From Macrostomum lignano (lineage: Eukaryota), in the NCBI GenBank assembly GCA_002269645.1, contig NIVC01002324.1, positions 108,816 to 172,815 of the forward strand: a DNA stretch of 64,000 bases. Direction: 5' to 3'. The notes beneath the pieces were generated by a model. That model made no database searches. It was given only the letters and a program-made list of their open reading frames with translations, and had not been told where the DNA came from. Positions within the stretch are counted from its first letter, which is position 1, and the number at the start of each line of letters is the position of its first letter. The position numbers and the translations under genes were made by a program. Positions 1-12,502 of the stretch are shown here, one piece after another.

Positions 1-90
1 AAGGACGATTCTCATAGTAGATCTAAGGACGATTCTCATAGTAATCTAAGGACGATTCTCATAGTAGATCTAAGGACGATTCTTATAGTA
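1..90. repeat. 24-bp tandem repeat (AAGGACGATTCTCATAGTAGATCT) in a SIN3 intron, cut by the window edge
   Basis: About 3.5 copies read directly. Confidence 0.85.
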
Positions 91-184
91 GTGTCTAAAG
101 ACTTCAGGGTTCAGCGCAAAGGAAAGGACTCATAGTAATCTCTGCACTGCGAATGCTATTTAAAAACAAAAGCTACAAGCGCAC

Positions 185-3100
185 CTCTGTATGGCCTTGC
201 GCAGAAGCACACCGGAGCTGGCACCTAAGTCATCGCCCAGCCGATAATGAGCCTGCTCTTCCTGGGGCAGCCTGCAACCGTTTGAGTACAGCCTCCAGAA
301 GCTCTGATTGCTGAGCAGTTCACTGCTAGCACCATGTCTAATTCGTAGCGCTCGTCCTCGACTCGGTAGCAGGCCTCTTCGAATTGATTCTTACGGGAGC
401 TCACGTACTGCGTGTCCTCGCTTGACCAGCTGGGGAAGCTCACCAAACTGTCGTTTAGCACCTATGAGCAGTTTTGGGGGAGATAAATGCACTGCAGATT
501 TATGGCTAGCGAAGGGTGTAGTGAGATGATGCAGGGAGATATAGGCAGTGGGGGGCGTAGCCAGCGGTAGCGCAGCTGCTCTGGTGTGCCGCGACCCAGG
601 CTCGATTCCAAGTGCAGCCACATTAATTTGGGGCTGGATTGGAATCTTGGCTTGGCTCGCTCGTGCAATTAACGGCCTTGAGAGCCAACCCCCCCCCCCC
701 CCCCAAGGCGCAGTGAAGTGTACATGCCTAACAATTGATAAAGTTAGGGCCGCTGTACACTCCTGTGTGAGTGTGTGCCTGCGTAACGTATCCGCGCGCT
801 TGTATGCCTGCTCAGGGGAGTCGGCGGAATGGGCAGTAATGCCTCTCGCCGGTTGTGTGCCAATGACGCTTAAATTGCGCCAGGTTGCACACAACCCCCT
901 GCCTCTAAAATAAATAATAATAATAAATATAGGCAGTGAGATGGATGCAGGGAGATATAGGCAGGGAGATGGATGCAGGGAGATATAGGCAGGGAGATGG
1001 ATGCAGGGAGATATAGGCAGGGAGATGGATGCAGGGAGATAATGCAGGGAGACGGGTGCAGGGAGACGGGTGCAGGGAGATAGGTGCAGGGAGACGGTGC
1101 AGGGAGATGATGCAGGGAGATAGGTGCAGGGAGACGGGTGCAGGGAGATGATGCAGGGAGATGATGCAGGGAGACGGGTGCAGGGAGACGATGCAGGGAG
1201 GTATAGGCAGGGAGATAACGCAGGGAGATGATGCAGGGAGATAATGCAGGGAGATAACGCAGGGAGATAATGCAGGGACAAGGGTGCAGGGAGATGGGTA
1301 CACAGGGAGATGGGTGCAGGGAGACGGGTGCAGGGAGATGGGTGCAGGGAGACGGGTGCAGGGAGACGGGTGCAGGGAGACGGGTGCAGGGAGACGGGTG
1401 CAGGGAGACGGGCGCAGGGAGACGGGTGCAGGGAGACGGGTGCAGGGAGACGGGTGCAGGGAGACGGGTGCAGGGAGACGGGTGCAGGGAGACGGGTGCA
1501 GGGAGACGGGTGCAGGGAGACGGGACAGGTCAACAAGAGCGCAAGAAAAACGTACCTCCTGACACACGGGCAGTTTCTCCGGCCACTGCACCTAGGCGGA
1601 GCGTAGCCCGCGGGCAGCATTCGGTACGAGTTGCCGCACCTTTTCAAAGTGTTGAAGTCAATATCCAGATGGTGCCTGCCGGGCTCCCGCGTCCATTTCC
1701 GGCGCGACCGACGCCGCCGCCGGTGCCGAAGCCGAGGAAGCGACAACGCCGGCGCTTCGATCTTCAACAACAATGCCGGCAGGCCCGACCGCGGTAGACG
1801 AGGCCGAAGTCAAGGCAGACCCGGTGGCAGCGGCCGGTGTCAAGCGGTTGCCGGAAGACTCGGAGTGCAGGGCGTCCTTCAGAGCCCGGTAGAGCTGAGG
1901 GTGAGGCCTGAGCGGCCCGGCGGCCCGCGCCAGCAGGTCGGCCTTGCCGATTCGGCCGTTGTTGTACAGGTGCACGCAGTGCATGAACCCCGCGTACACG
2001 TCAGCATCCGGCATCGCCGCTTTCAGCCGATCGAAGAGGTCGGCCTCTCTAACCGGATTTGTCTCCGCCGCTCGCTGCTGTTGATGAGGCTGCAGGTGAT
2101 GCTGGGCACTTGCAACGTGCGCCTTTTTAGCGGAGGTCGGCGCCGAGGCGCCTAAATTTTCGGCGCCGCCGCTTCCAGCCGACATGGAGGCTTCGGCGGC
2201 GGTTAGCGAGGCGGCAGCGGCGGTCAGGGAGGTCGGCCTGGCGCGCTTCACGCCGGCGGCGGCGCCAACAGCAGCCGGATGCGTGCCGCTCTGGGGAGAG
2301 CCGCTGCTGGCCTTGCCTGCGGAATTTCCACGAGAATTCGATTGTTTACCTTGACAACCAGTAGCTTATCCCTACCAGATCAAGTTTGTCTTAATTGAAA
2401 CTCTAGGGGTTACAGTTTATGTTAGATTGCTTGGGTTGGGGTTTATGTGAGGGTTGGGGTTTATGTTAGGGTTGGGGTTTATGTTTTAGTTGGGGTTTAT
2501 GTTAGGGTTGGGGTTTATGTTTTAGTTGGGGTTTATGTGAGGGTTGGGGTTTATGTGAGGGTTGCGGTTTATGTGAGGGTTGCGGTTTATGTGAGGGTTG
2601 GGGTTTATGTGAGGGTTGGGGTTTATGTTGGGGTTGGGGTTTATGTTGGGGTTGGGGTTTATGTTGGGGTTGGGGTTTATGTTAGGGGTTGGGGTTTATA
2701 TTAGACGTTAGGGTTTATTTTAGAGTTTGGATTTATGTTAGGTTTGGTGTTTGTGTTGGGTTTGGGTGTATAGGGTTAGAATTTGCGCCAGCCTCTTTTC
2801 GTAGACCCATGACAATCACCATGGCAACGCGACAGACTCACCGTGCTCCCGTAACTGTTGCGTCACCGGGGCTATAGAAGACTGCGGCAGAAATTGCGAG
2901 AACTCCTCTAGAAGGTCAGGTTGGCCAGCGAACAACCGTTCCACCTCGCCTAACACCTGCTCTTCGTTGCTATGCGCCTCTCCCGCCCGCTGCTCCTTCT
3001 GGTACTTGTGCAGAATGTCCAGAAACTGCTTGTAGATAGGCGACCTGCCGGCGAACCGAGATTTAATTTTGTTCACGTAGGAAATCGCGTGATTGAACTC

Positions 3101-5539
3101 CTCGTATTGATCGCCTCCGGCTCCGCTGCGCCAGCAGCCGCCGCAGAGGACTGCAGGATGGTGGCAGCTGCGGCGGGACCCGGCAGCTGCTGACTTTGAG
3201 CCGACGTGACTGGGCCGGCGCCGCCGCTGCCGCCAGGTCCAACCAGGGTCACCGGTGGCCTGTTCGGCTGCAACAGGGATATTGTCTGATTGTCCGAGCT
3301 GGCCTTCATCTTGTAGCCGCTGGGCAGGAAAGTATTGAAGCCCAGTATGAGGTCCGAGTGGCCTTGGAAGAAATTTTTCACTCGGTTGATGACCTCCTGA
3401 AATTCGAGTTGAAATTGAAATTTACCTCAACCTGAATGCCCAGCTGTAAAACTTCAATCAAATTATGTAGAAGCATAGAGTCCAAGAAGCACTCCCGAAT
3501 GGAAGTTTAGTAGTTAAACAGCGCAGATAAAAAGGATAAGTTGTAGATAACGGAAGTAGATGGCACGTAACGGGATAGATGGAAGATGGTAAATTGGAGG
3601 GTAGATAGTAGATTGTAGGGGTAGATGGTAGATTACAGGGGGTAGATTGTAAATTGTAGATTAGAGGGTAGATAGTAAATTAGAGGATAGATAGTAGATT
3701 GGAGGGTAATTGGTAGATTGTAGGGGTAGATAGTAAATTGGAAGGTAGATAGTAGATTAGAGGGAAAATGGTAGATTATAAGGGTAGATAGTAGATAGCA
3801 GATGACGGGGTAGATGGCAGATGATGGGGTAGATGGCAGATGACGGGGTAGATGGCAGATGACGGGGTAGATAGCAGATGACGGGGTAGATGGCAGATGA
3901 CGGGGTAGATGGCAGATGACGGGGTAGATAGCAGATGACGGGGTAGATGGCAGATGACGGGGTAGATGGCAGATGACGGGGTAGATGGCAGATGACGGGG
4001 TAGATGGCAGATGACAGGAGTAGATACTATAACAAATGACTTCATGAAATCAAATGGTAGGTCACTAAGTAGTAGAATGAGCTGGGCGATATAAGATTCA
4101 GTGGATTAAACTCACCTGAGTGTCAATAGAAGCGGCTTTAAAATCGCGCATAGTGTCCAAGAAGTTATTATAAACGGCCGGGTGCTCGCTGAATCGCAGT
4201 TTCACCTGATCTAAATAGGACAGCGCGTCCTCCACCTTCTGGCTCTGCGAAGTGGCTCTGTTGGACTCGGCCGCAGCCGCCGCCGCCGCGGCCGCTGCTG
4301 CTGCTGAGACGCCGCTGCCCAACTAGAATGAAATAAATTATAGGCAAAATGTCTAATTCAGCTACTGTAAGTAGCAATATAAAAAGATGCAGTTACAAAT
4401 TTCGTAGGAGCTATAAGAAAAGCACGGTGTAAGTTTAAAGAGACTGCTGAACTTTAAATCATCTACAACAATTCACGTTATCGGGTTAACAGGTAGAAAG
4501 GCCAAGGACTACTCAAGAAGGATAGGAAACTAAGGTTTCTTGGAAAAATTTTCAGGAGGCAAATCCGCCCCCTAAAACTTTCCAAGAAACGCAGTTTTCA
4601 GTCCTTCTACTTGAGTAGTCCCTGAGAAAGGTGTGTACAGCACCTGGACGGGCGAAGCGGCCGTGACGGAGACTCCAACAGACACGACCGGGGGAGCAGC
4701 CGAAGATCCCACGGTAATTGGGACGATAGGCTTTTGCTGCTGCTGCTGTTGTTGTTGCTGGGTTGGCTGATGCTGGGCTTGCTGATGCTGATGAGGCGCA
4801 GGCGGAGGCTGGGCCAGAGTTGGGGCAAGCAGATGACTGGCCTGCTGTTGGTGCAGGAACACGTGCTGCGGCTGCTGGGGTTGATGGTGCTGCTGATGAT
4901 GCGATACGGGCGGCTGCGATTGAGGCGGCGGTGGCAGCGGCTGCTCAGGCGGGGGAACGGGGCCAGCTGAACAATGGCGGCACTCGCTGGATGATGATGA
5001 TGATGCTGGGGATGCTGATGAGGCGCCAAGCCAGTGACGGACGCGGCCGATACGGAATTCGGAGCCGCAGCCGATGTTGGCTGCTGCGGCGGCAGCTGCT
5101 GTGCCTGCGAGATGGCGGCCTGCTGGAAGGCGCAGGCGGGGTAGACGGCGAACGGCCCGGTTGGCGGCCGGCTGGCAGCGGCTGCGGCGGCGGCGGCGGC
5201 GACTTGGAGCAGGGCGGTCGAGCCCGGCGGCGCCGGTTGAGCAACCCCAGCCGGAGCAATGATGTGCGGCTGCTGCTGGTGCTGCTGAACAGCTGCCGAG
5301 GCGCCTGAGCTGGAGCTCACTGCGATGCCAGGTGCTGCAGCTACGGGCTGAGTGGCGAGGCCTCCATGCTGTTGCTGCTGAGGAGTCGGGATAGTGGCAG
5401 CGGCCGAGGAGGGCTGATGATGCTGCTGGTGGTGATGATGGGCAGGCAGGTTGACGCTGATGATGTTGGCACTGCCTGGATGGCTGGCGATGCCACCGAC
5501 GGTAACTGCCGGATGAGCAGCGGGCAGACGGTCGGTCAT
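185..5539 (-). CDS. SIN3: Paired amphipathic helix corepressor Sin3, 5' part (PAH1, PAH2, PAH3, start of the HDAC-interaction domain); continues beyond the left edge; frameshifted in this sequence
   Basis: Inferred exons, all GT-AG: 5539-4644, 4322-4116, 3396-2842, 2316-1556, 461-185. Motifs: PAH1 [16 protein letters not shown]...[25 protein letters not shown]; PAH2 [16 protein letters not shown]...[10 protein letters not shown]; [20 protein letters not shown]...[40 protein letters not shown]. Single-base shifts are needed near 4951, 3129, 1675, 1575, 300 and 271. Confidence 0.93.
551..926 (+). mobile_element. tRNA-derived SINE (~376 bp) with (TAA)n tail
   Basis: Head GGGGGCGTAGCCAGCGGTAG...GGCTCGATTCC (A-box/B-box-like). 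3' tail AAATAAATAATAATAAT. 12-bp TSD ATATAGGCAGTG at 539-550 and 927-938. Confidence 0.85.
927..1525. repeat. ~14-bp minisatellite (GCAGGGAGACGGGT and variants) in a SIN3 intron
   Basis: Direct reading; it produces the spurious periodic ORFs in the track. Confidence 0.95.
2425..2770. repeat. 18/12-bp G-rich minisatellite (GTTAGGGTTGGGGTTTAT) in a SIN3 intron
   Basis: Direct reading; GGG/GGGG runs, some units contain TTAGGG. Confidence 0.9.
3560..4020. repeat. 19-bp minisatellite (GACGGGGTAGATGGCAGAT) in a SIN3 intron
   Basis: Homogeneous core at ~3795-4015 with a degenerate left flank. Confidence 0.9.
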
Positions 5540-5829
5540 TTCGACTGGCTGCTCCAAGTTCAAGTTAAACCAATAATTTAATTTAAAAAATACTAAAATT
5601 TTTAATAAACATTGAAGTAAAGCATTGAGATTGGGTTGATGATTTCTTATGCAATATTGATTCAAGTATTTTTTAGTCTAAAGTCAGACTGGCACTGATT
5701 CAATAAATCTTAAATTAAGTGATCTATTTGCATGTTTGCAAACCAGACAAAACTTAACCAATGTTCTTTCACCCTAGTGTGCAAGACTTTCAATGTAGGA
5801 AATAATTAATAATAAATAATAATTGATTA

Positions 5830-8029
5830 TGATGTAACCGCCCTTGTCGCCTGTCTGCTCCGTAGAGAGACGAACGCATGACTAGAGGGGGCAATGACCG
5901 TAGGCTGCCTATGACCGGGCAATGACCTGACGGACCTCCAGCACCAGACTGTCCCGCCCACATGATTGATAGCTTTGGTAGCGCTTTGTGACCAGAGGGC
6001 CAAGGACCCACATGGACCCCACCTGTAGCCAAGGTGCAATAGTTGGTCACTCGGTCAGAGCATGACCGAGTGGCTGCCACCACTCTATGTGACCTGGCGC
6101 ACCTGGATCTTTCTACCAGACCTCTCGAGGCTAGAGCCCCGCCTGGGATGGTTACCAGGAGATTTAGGCTAACAGGGGAGACACATGCAGCCGAGTACAG
6201 GGACTCTGCTTGGGGCATGATCGGGAACTCTGGGCTCAATCTGGAGGATTTCTCAGCAGGGGATCCTTTGTGGCTGTGAGCGAGGCTAACTTGCGACTTG
6301 ATTACTAAGAGTAGTATGAGGCGAACATGTACTGTCTATAGTTTAGATTGCTCAGGGCGAAGGGACGCGTCAGCATGGGGTTGCAACCTTCCTACTGCCA
6401 TTCTGTGCCAAGGCTCGCTAATCCATCTACTGCACGCACACACGGCCCCGCAGCACGCACTCACAGGCGGGCTTTGCACGGGGAGAGGCCATTAGCTTAC
6501 CCAGACTTCCTTATGCTTTGCCACCCCGGGAGAAAGGCTTAGCAAGCCATGAGTGAAATGAGGGGGAAAGAGTGAATAATGATGGAGTTAGTTAATAGTA
6601 ATAATTAGGCCCTTAGGCGAATAATCAGGCAATTAGGCGGCTTCACTATTGAGTAAAATACAGCAAAAAGTTACGGTATCACAATTGGCTCAGCTCTCTA
6701 ATCAGACAATTGAAAATAGGCAAACCCCGGATAAGCAAAGGCAATTAGAGCACAAATTAGTAACAGGAACTTACCGGCAGCTGCACAGAGAGAGAGAGGC
6801 GGAGTGACGAGGGCGGCTGTAGGCTGCAGTCATGCAGACAGTGAAGCGGCGGTGCGCTGAAGCGACGAGGCGCTGATGTAGATCAGGCGATGCTGATGAT
6901 GCTGGGCGGTTTCAGACCGCGGGCCGATAGGCGAGCTCACTTGGGGAGCTGAAGATAACTTAGCGGTAACAGACCGCGGACCGGCAGGGATTCGTCTTAT
7001 AGACGAATGGGTCAGAACTCAATCTGACAGCAAGTCCAAAGAAGGACGAGGAGAGGAAGAGTTTGAGGATTCTCATGCCGAAATCGCTTCCTTTTATAGA
7101 CCTCACAGCCGCCTCCTCAAGGTCGTTACCATGGCTCCCTCTCTCTGATTGGCTGCCGGCAGAATGACGTCAGAATGAGTCATGATGAGAAGCATGAGAC
7201 CGGCATAGCAACATGAGAAATCGGGAAATTGCGCAATCCGGAGGTGGGGTGGGGGGATAATTGGCGCAGCGGGTGGTCGCGAAAGTGTTGCGCAAGCAAA
7301 CATTGAGAACAATAGGGCTGGGGTCGAGAACAAAGGAATTGGAAATCGGGGATAATTGGGGAGAACTGAGAACAATTGAAAAGTAAACATTGGGGAAAAG
7401 GTGATAATTAGGTGCGAAAACGAGAACAAAAGAAAGAGAAAATCGGAGAAAATGTGATAATTGGTGGGGGTCGAGAGAACAAAAGAATCAAAAACGAGAA
7501 CAATAGAAGCGGAGGTGGGGTGGGAGTCGCATGAGAAATTTGGGAAGGAGAACAATGGCGTGAGAAAAGGTTGCGCAAGAGAGGGGGATGAGTCATCGAT
7601 GAGTCACCGAGGGGGGAAGGGGTCACACATCTTGCGTCACCGTTTGGGAGTTTGAGAGGGGATAGGGAGACGGTGAGCACACAAAATACTGTAAGTAGAA
7701 ACAGGGAAAGAGGGGACAGCGCAGGAAAAGAGTGCAGAGGGAGGCAAAAAGAGGGGAGATAGGGAAAGCACAGGAAGGATAGGGCGGAAAACAGAAGAGA
7801 TAGGGTAGAGGGGGAGATACAGAGAGGGGTGGGGAGCTCCGGAAAGGCAGGTGTGGCGGCAGGGGAGACGGAACCAAGGCAGCAGGAGGGGTGCAGCAGA
7901 GCGGGAGTCTCCAGGCCTGGTCGGAGACCTGGCCGAGTCTCGACAGCTCTGTGCAGGGGTGCACGGGATAGGAGGCACTTTCGAAAAAGTTTCCATGCCC
8001 TATCCCGCGACCAGAGCGTGGTTACATCA
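5830..8029 (-). mobile_element. Solo LTR-like element (2.2 kb), probably Gypsy-type
   Basis: TG...CA termini with a perfect 10-bp terminal inverted repeat (TGATGTAACC 5830-5839 / GGTTACATCA 8020-8029). 4-bp TSD ATTA (5826-5829, 8030-8033). Minus-strand TATAAAA at 7098-7092. No coding remnants; no clear polyA signal found. Confidence 0.75.
7092..7606 (-). promoter_or_regulatory. Pol II promoter-like module inside the LTR-like element
   Basis: TATAAAA (7092-7098), CCAAT (7148-7152), CRE TGACGTCA (7165-7172), AP-1 TGAGTCA (7176, 7589, 7600), C/EBP-type TTGCGCAA (~7229, ~7289, ~7571). Confidence 0.6.
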
Positions 8030-8094
8030 ATTACATCTGCCAGATGTGCAGCCGACAGCTCAGCCACAGCTATTGTGCAGTGCATCTGAATTCT

Positions 8095-8338
8095 GAAGGC
8101 TGCATACGGCTGTTCAGTCCAAGGACTAGGGGGGGGGGGGGGGGTGAGTCACCATACACACATACACCCTCAATTACCCTAGCTAATTCTGGTACCCATT
8201 TTACAGCTGGGTGAACTGAAAAAAATGCAGAGTTAAGTGTCTTGCTCAAGGACACAAATTGTTTCAATGGGATCGAGAATTGAACCCCCAACCTTCAAGT
8301 TGTAAGTCCAATGCTCCAACCACTAGGCTATAAGCCCC
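8095..8338 (-). mobile_element. tRNA-derived SINE with a V/Meta-SINE-like core
   Basis: Minus-strand head GGGGCTTATAGCCTAGTGG...GGTTCAATTC, followed by GTGTCCTTGAGCAAGACACTTAAC and CACCCAGCTGTAAAATGGGTACC, which resemble conserved metazoan SINE central domains. No TSD found; 3' end approximate. Confidence 0.75.
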
Positions 8339-11300
8339 TTGTCATATCTAGGTGGCAGGTCTAGATTAAGTCTAGTTGGCAGAAATCACCATGGCTATTT
8401 TCACTACTTGACTATATTATGAGGGGGCTATGATTTTAGAATAATCATTACTGACAATTCTACTTGATCCTAGGAATTTTATCTTATCAAACTTTTATTA
8501 GCCTTGTTGGAACGAATATAAGTCTATGTAGATGGCATATTATATAGATATATCATATAGAACTCTTATAAATATATCTTTTAACCACTATGAAGTCAAA
8601 TATTTATTAGTATATAGTAGTGCACAGACAAGATTAAGACCCTAGGTGCATTTGCACATAGGTTCTAGCATGTATTGCTAGTGAGGTGACTCTACCCAAC
8701 TAGCTTAATGTGTCTAAGGCAAATGATTCACACTACTATTTGTGTATCCCCTATGCCTGTTTTCCCATTATAGTATAATGCTAAATAAAAACTTTGTTTC
8801 ACAAAAAATGATACAGTCCTCTTTCTTGCTCTATTTTTTGCAAGCTTCTAAAAGTAAATATTTTCTAGATTAAAACTTTCATAAGCTAGTTAAAGATTCT
8901 AGCTTTAAAATGTTTAACAATGCTCTTTATTAGGCCTATATTATAGGTATATAGTGATTTTATATGCCTTTCTTTTGTCTAATAGTAGATAAAACAACTT
9001 TTTCTAGTAGTAGACAAATAGGATACAGGCCACCCATGCAGTTCTGCAGTCTATGGGAAAGGACTTAATGAATTAAAACAAACATATATAGTATACCACT
9101 ATACAACTCTTATACAAACAAGTAAAGTGCTTATACTCTAATCTTTTTATAAATTGTATATACATAGAAAAAAATAATAGTAGTATTTAAATACAAATCA
9201 TGACACTTCTACATGTATTTATATATATCTAGCTAACATCTATCTGGCTAGCATCTATCTATAGCTAGCATTTATCTATATTTTTAAATGTATTTATACA
9301 TAGTACTTTATAATGCACATTTTATTGTGGTATATCTAAAGATAAATACTTTTGAAAATCATTGGGAAGGCTTTTATGCTAAAAAATAGAACTATATATT
9401 TAGAGTTTTAAGTTCTAATATAACCTAATGACTATCTATGAATATTAATACAAAAGTTGGCAAACAAAATGTAAGAGATAATATAATCACTATCTATTAT
9501 AATATAATACATATTTAAGAACATTATAATTGGTATTCTATCATATTTTTTAGATATTTATTTGTCATTGCTATCTAATTTATAGGCTATAATGCAGAAG
9601 GTTTTCTGTATATGCCGGACATATTTTCAATTGAATTTTCAATTATAAGTCAATAAATATTAAATGTATGCCAACTTTCTAAATGTTTAAAAAAATTGAT
9701 GAATATTTAACTTTAAATTTAAATTACAAAAATTGATAATAACATGATGATTATTGTAACAATTCCAGTAATAAAAATGATTAATAAATGAGAAAATAGT
9801 AGCAAAAAAATGGTTTTTAAAATTATTTAACATAGAAAAATGCACAGAATAATTCTTGATATTCATTTGTATACTAGTTATGTATACTATACTGTACGCC
9901 ACACTGTACAGAGCCAAGAAATGTACACCAGTGTATGCCACAGAACTCAATATACCCTCCTTCTATAATATGGTTTATAGGTTTAAGAATTTTTAATTCT
10001 TAAGTCAGAGACTAAGATTAAGACTAAAAATATATATTCCTATAAATACTGTGACAGTGGGGTTTCCATGAACATTAACTTTATCTTTTTAAATAGTTAT
10101 TTTCTAACATTCAAATGCGTGCTAATATTTTTGTGAATGCCAACCCATGCGGCCAACCATGGTTTACTATGACCTTACCTCCCTTCGCTGGTCCCAAGTT
10201 GGGACCATTGTCTAGTTTTTAGCTCCCTATTTTCTGGCTAAACATAATAACACCTACTGAATTTAATCATTTTCAGTTTTCAGTTTTCAGTTATTTTTGG
10301 TTCACTAGCCATTGCATGGCCTCCACATTGGCCAACTTAGATCCCATGCATTGGATGCAATATATATACATTTCTATTATAAATACTCATTGCTCAGTTT
10401 TTCATTTCTGCAATTTCTTTCTTCTTTTTCTTTTCTTTTTTAGTTTTGTTTTGTTCAATTGTTCATATGCTTGCTCCCCATTTTCTTACCATTTGACTAT
10501 CCTGTCATTTGTTTCCAAGTTAAGTTTAGTATATCTCCTATATCAGCTTTCTTTTATTTTTAAGTTCTATTAGTGCACCAGTGCTCGCGACATCTATTGT
10601 CTGTAGCAATTAGTTTTAACCTATTAACAATCCTCGCAAGCCAGTAAAACCTGCTTCAATAAATAAATAACCAACAAACTTAATCATTTAATATTTATTT
10701 CGTTGATATAAGAAATAGCCTATCTTGAATCATTTTCTTATGGGACATAAAATAACCAAAGTCTCAATTCAAAGAAAGCTTTGAGACTATCAACATTTGA
10801 TAATACGAGAATTATGGTGGTGGCAGTGGCAGCAACTACCCTACTGAAAGTAACAAGTTCAACATATTGACATCTTAATTTACAGAGTTAGAATCTTTGG
10901 TGATTTATTATCTAAACAACCATGCTACTCTACGACCACTGCTACGATTACAACTACCCTCCCCCAGATTTGAGAACCTGGCTATTGGAGTAAAAGGAGA
11001 AGAAATTTGTTGAGATTTGTTTGTGCAATTTTTCTGGCTTTATTTGCGTGAACACAATGCCGGTAGCAATTTGGGTGCAGCCCATTTTGGCGAAGGAATT
11101 TTCGGTGAAAGACATTTCGGCAAAAATGAATTTTTAGTTTAAATCAGTATACATTTTGGTGAAAGAAAGTAGTATGTAGGCCTATATGTATCAGTAATTG
11201 CAAATATATATATTAGTTATTGAAGCTTTTAATAAATTATTCATTGCTGCAATTTATTTGCAGTTAGAAAATAAAAAAAATCATGACTTAGCCAGTAGCT

Positions 11301-11859
11301 ATATTATGTACATGCGGGATCTATCAATATGCAATCGAGAGATTAGGGATTATGACGGTGTGTATAACTTGTATAAATCCCGCCGTAACGGAACTACATC
11401 CGATAAAACAACTGAATTAAACTGCAACAGAACAAAAAAACATGTCACAATAAAATTAGTCTTTATAAAGTTCATTTCTTCTTAACTTTCTTCTACGAGC
11501 ATAAAACAATAAAAACTCTTCACCCAACCTTGAAACAAATCTTTTGCCGAAATGGTCAGCTTTTAGATGAAATGGTCATTGCAAAAGTGTTTTTCACCAT
11601 CAAGATTTTGAGAAGCTCAAAGATCTTCTCAAAAGTGAATCACAATTCCATACATGCGCAACTGCTGGCCGACCTGGCCGATCCGGCCACCGTAAATCGT
11701 GGCTGACCAGGGGTAAGTCGCAAAATTGAGTCAACCAAAAACAGAAAAACACAAGAACCAAGAAAGGCAAGAGGAAAGCGAAAAAAAGAGCAGTTCAGGG
11801 AAAATGGTGAAGCAAAAGAAAAACAATCCGCAAAAGAAGCAAACTAAGTTGTAAAAATA

Positions 11860-12270
11860 ATCAGGTAAGTCGCAAAAAGGATCAGGTAAGTCGCAAAAGG
11901 ATCAGCTAAGTCACAAAAGGATTAGGTAAGTCGCAAAAGGATCAGGTAAGTCGCAAAAGGATTAGTTAAGTCGCAAAAGGGTTAGGTAAGTCGCAAAAAG
12001 GATTAGGTAAGTCGCAAAAAGGATTAAGTAAGTCGCAAAAAGGATTAGGTAAGTCGCAAAAAGGATTAAGTAAGTCGCAAAAAGGATTAGGTAAGTCGCA
12101 AAAGGGTTAGGTAAGTCGCAAAAGGGTTAGGTAAGTCGCAAAAGGATTAGGTAAGTCGCAAAAAGGATTAAGTAAGTCGCAAAAAGGATTAGGTAAGTCG
12201 CAAAAAGGATTAGGTAAGTCGCAAAAAGGATTAGGTAAGTCGCAAAAAGAAGCAACTAAGTCGCAATAAG
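11860..12270. repeat. ~20-bp tandem array (AAAAGGATTAGGTAAGTCGC) inside the 8-bp-TSD element
   Basis: Direct reading. Confidence 0.9.
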
Positions 12271-12502
12271 AGGGAAGTAAGTCACAATCAGAGGCAATCA
12301 GGGGGTAGTAGGTGCAGGTGTGGCAGGAGAGCAAAAACAGAATAGAAGCCTTCAACAACAGACAAGATCTTTGAAATCAGAAGCCCGCGTCAACAGTTTC
12401 CCATTGATTTCTTAAACTCTGGAGCAGGGGTTGGCAAACTCCGGCTCGCGAAGCCCCTCTATCTGGCCCTCGCCCCTCGGGTTCTTTGAAACTTCCTAAC
12501 TA

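Noticed and set aside
391-1773. Long ORFs across the 14-bp array, and similar periodic ORFs at 19.3, 22.5, 25.5-26.4, 28-31.8, 33.3, 38.9, 40, 48.2 and 54-56 kb
   Set aside because: They are translations of tandem repeats lacking stops in some frames; they lie in introns or intergenic arrays and have no domain content.
2425-2770. Interstitial telomere
   Set aside because: TTAGGG appears only as part of an 18-bp unit, never as a tandem hexamer run.
5830-8029. Coding retroelement (gag/pol) within the LTR-like element
   Set aside because: ORFs here are short or low-complexity, with no protease, RT or integrase motifs.
8260-8338. Functional tRNA gene (also considered for 551-625)
   Set aside because: Stems pair poorly, there is no T-run terminator, and each continues into a SINE body.
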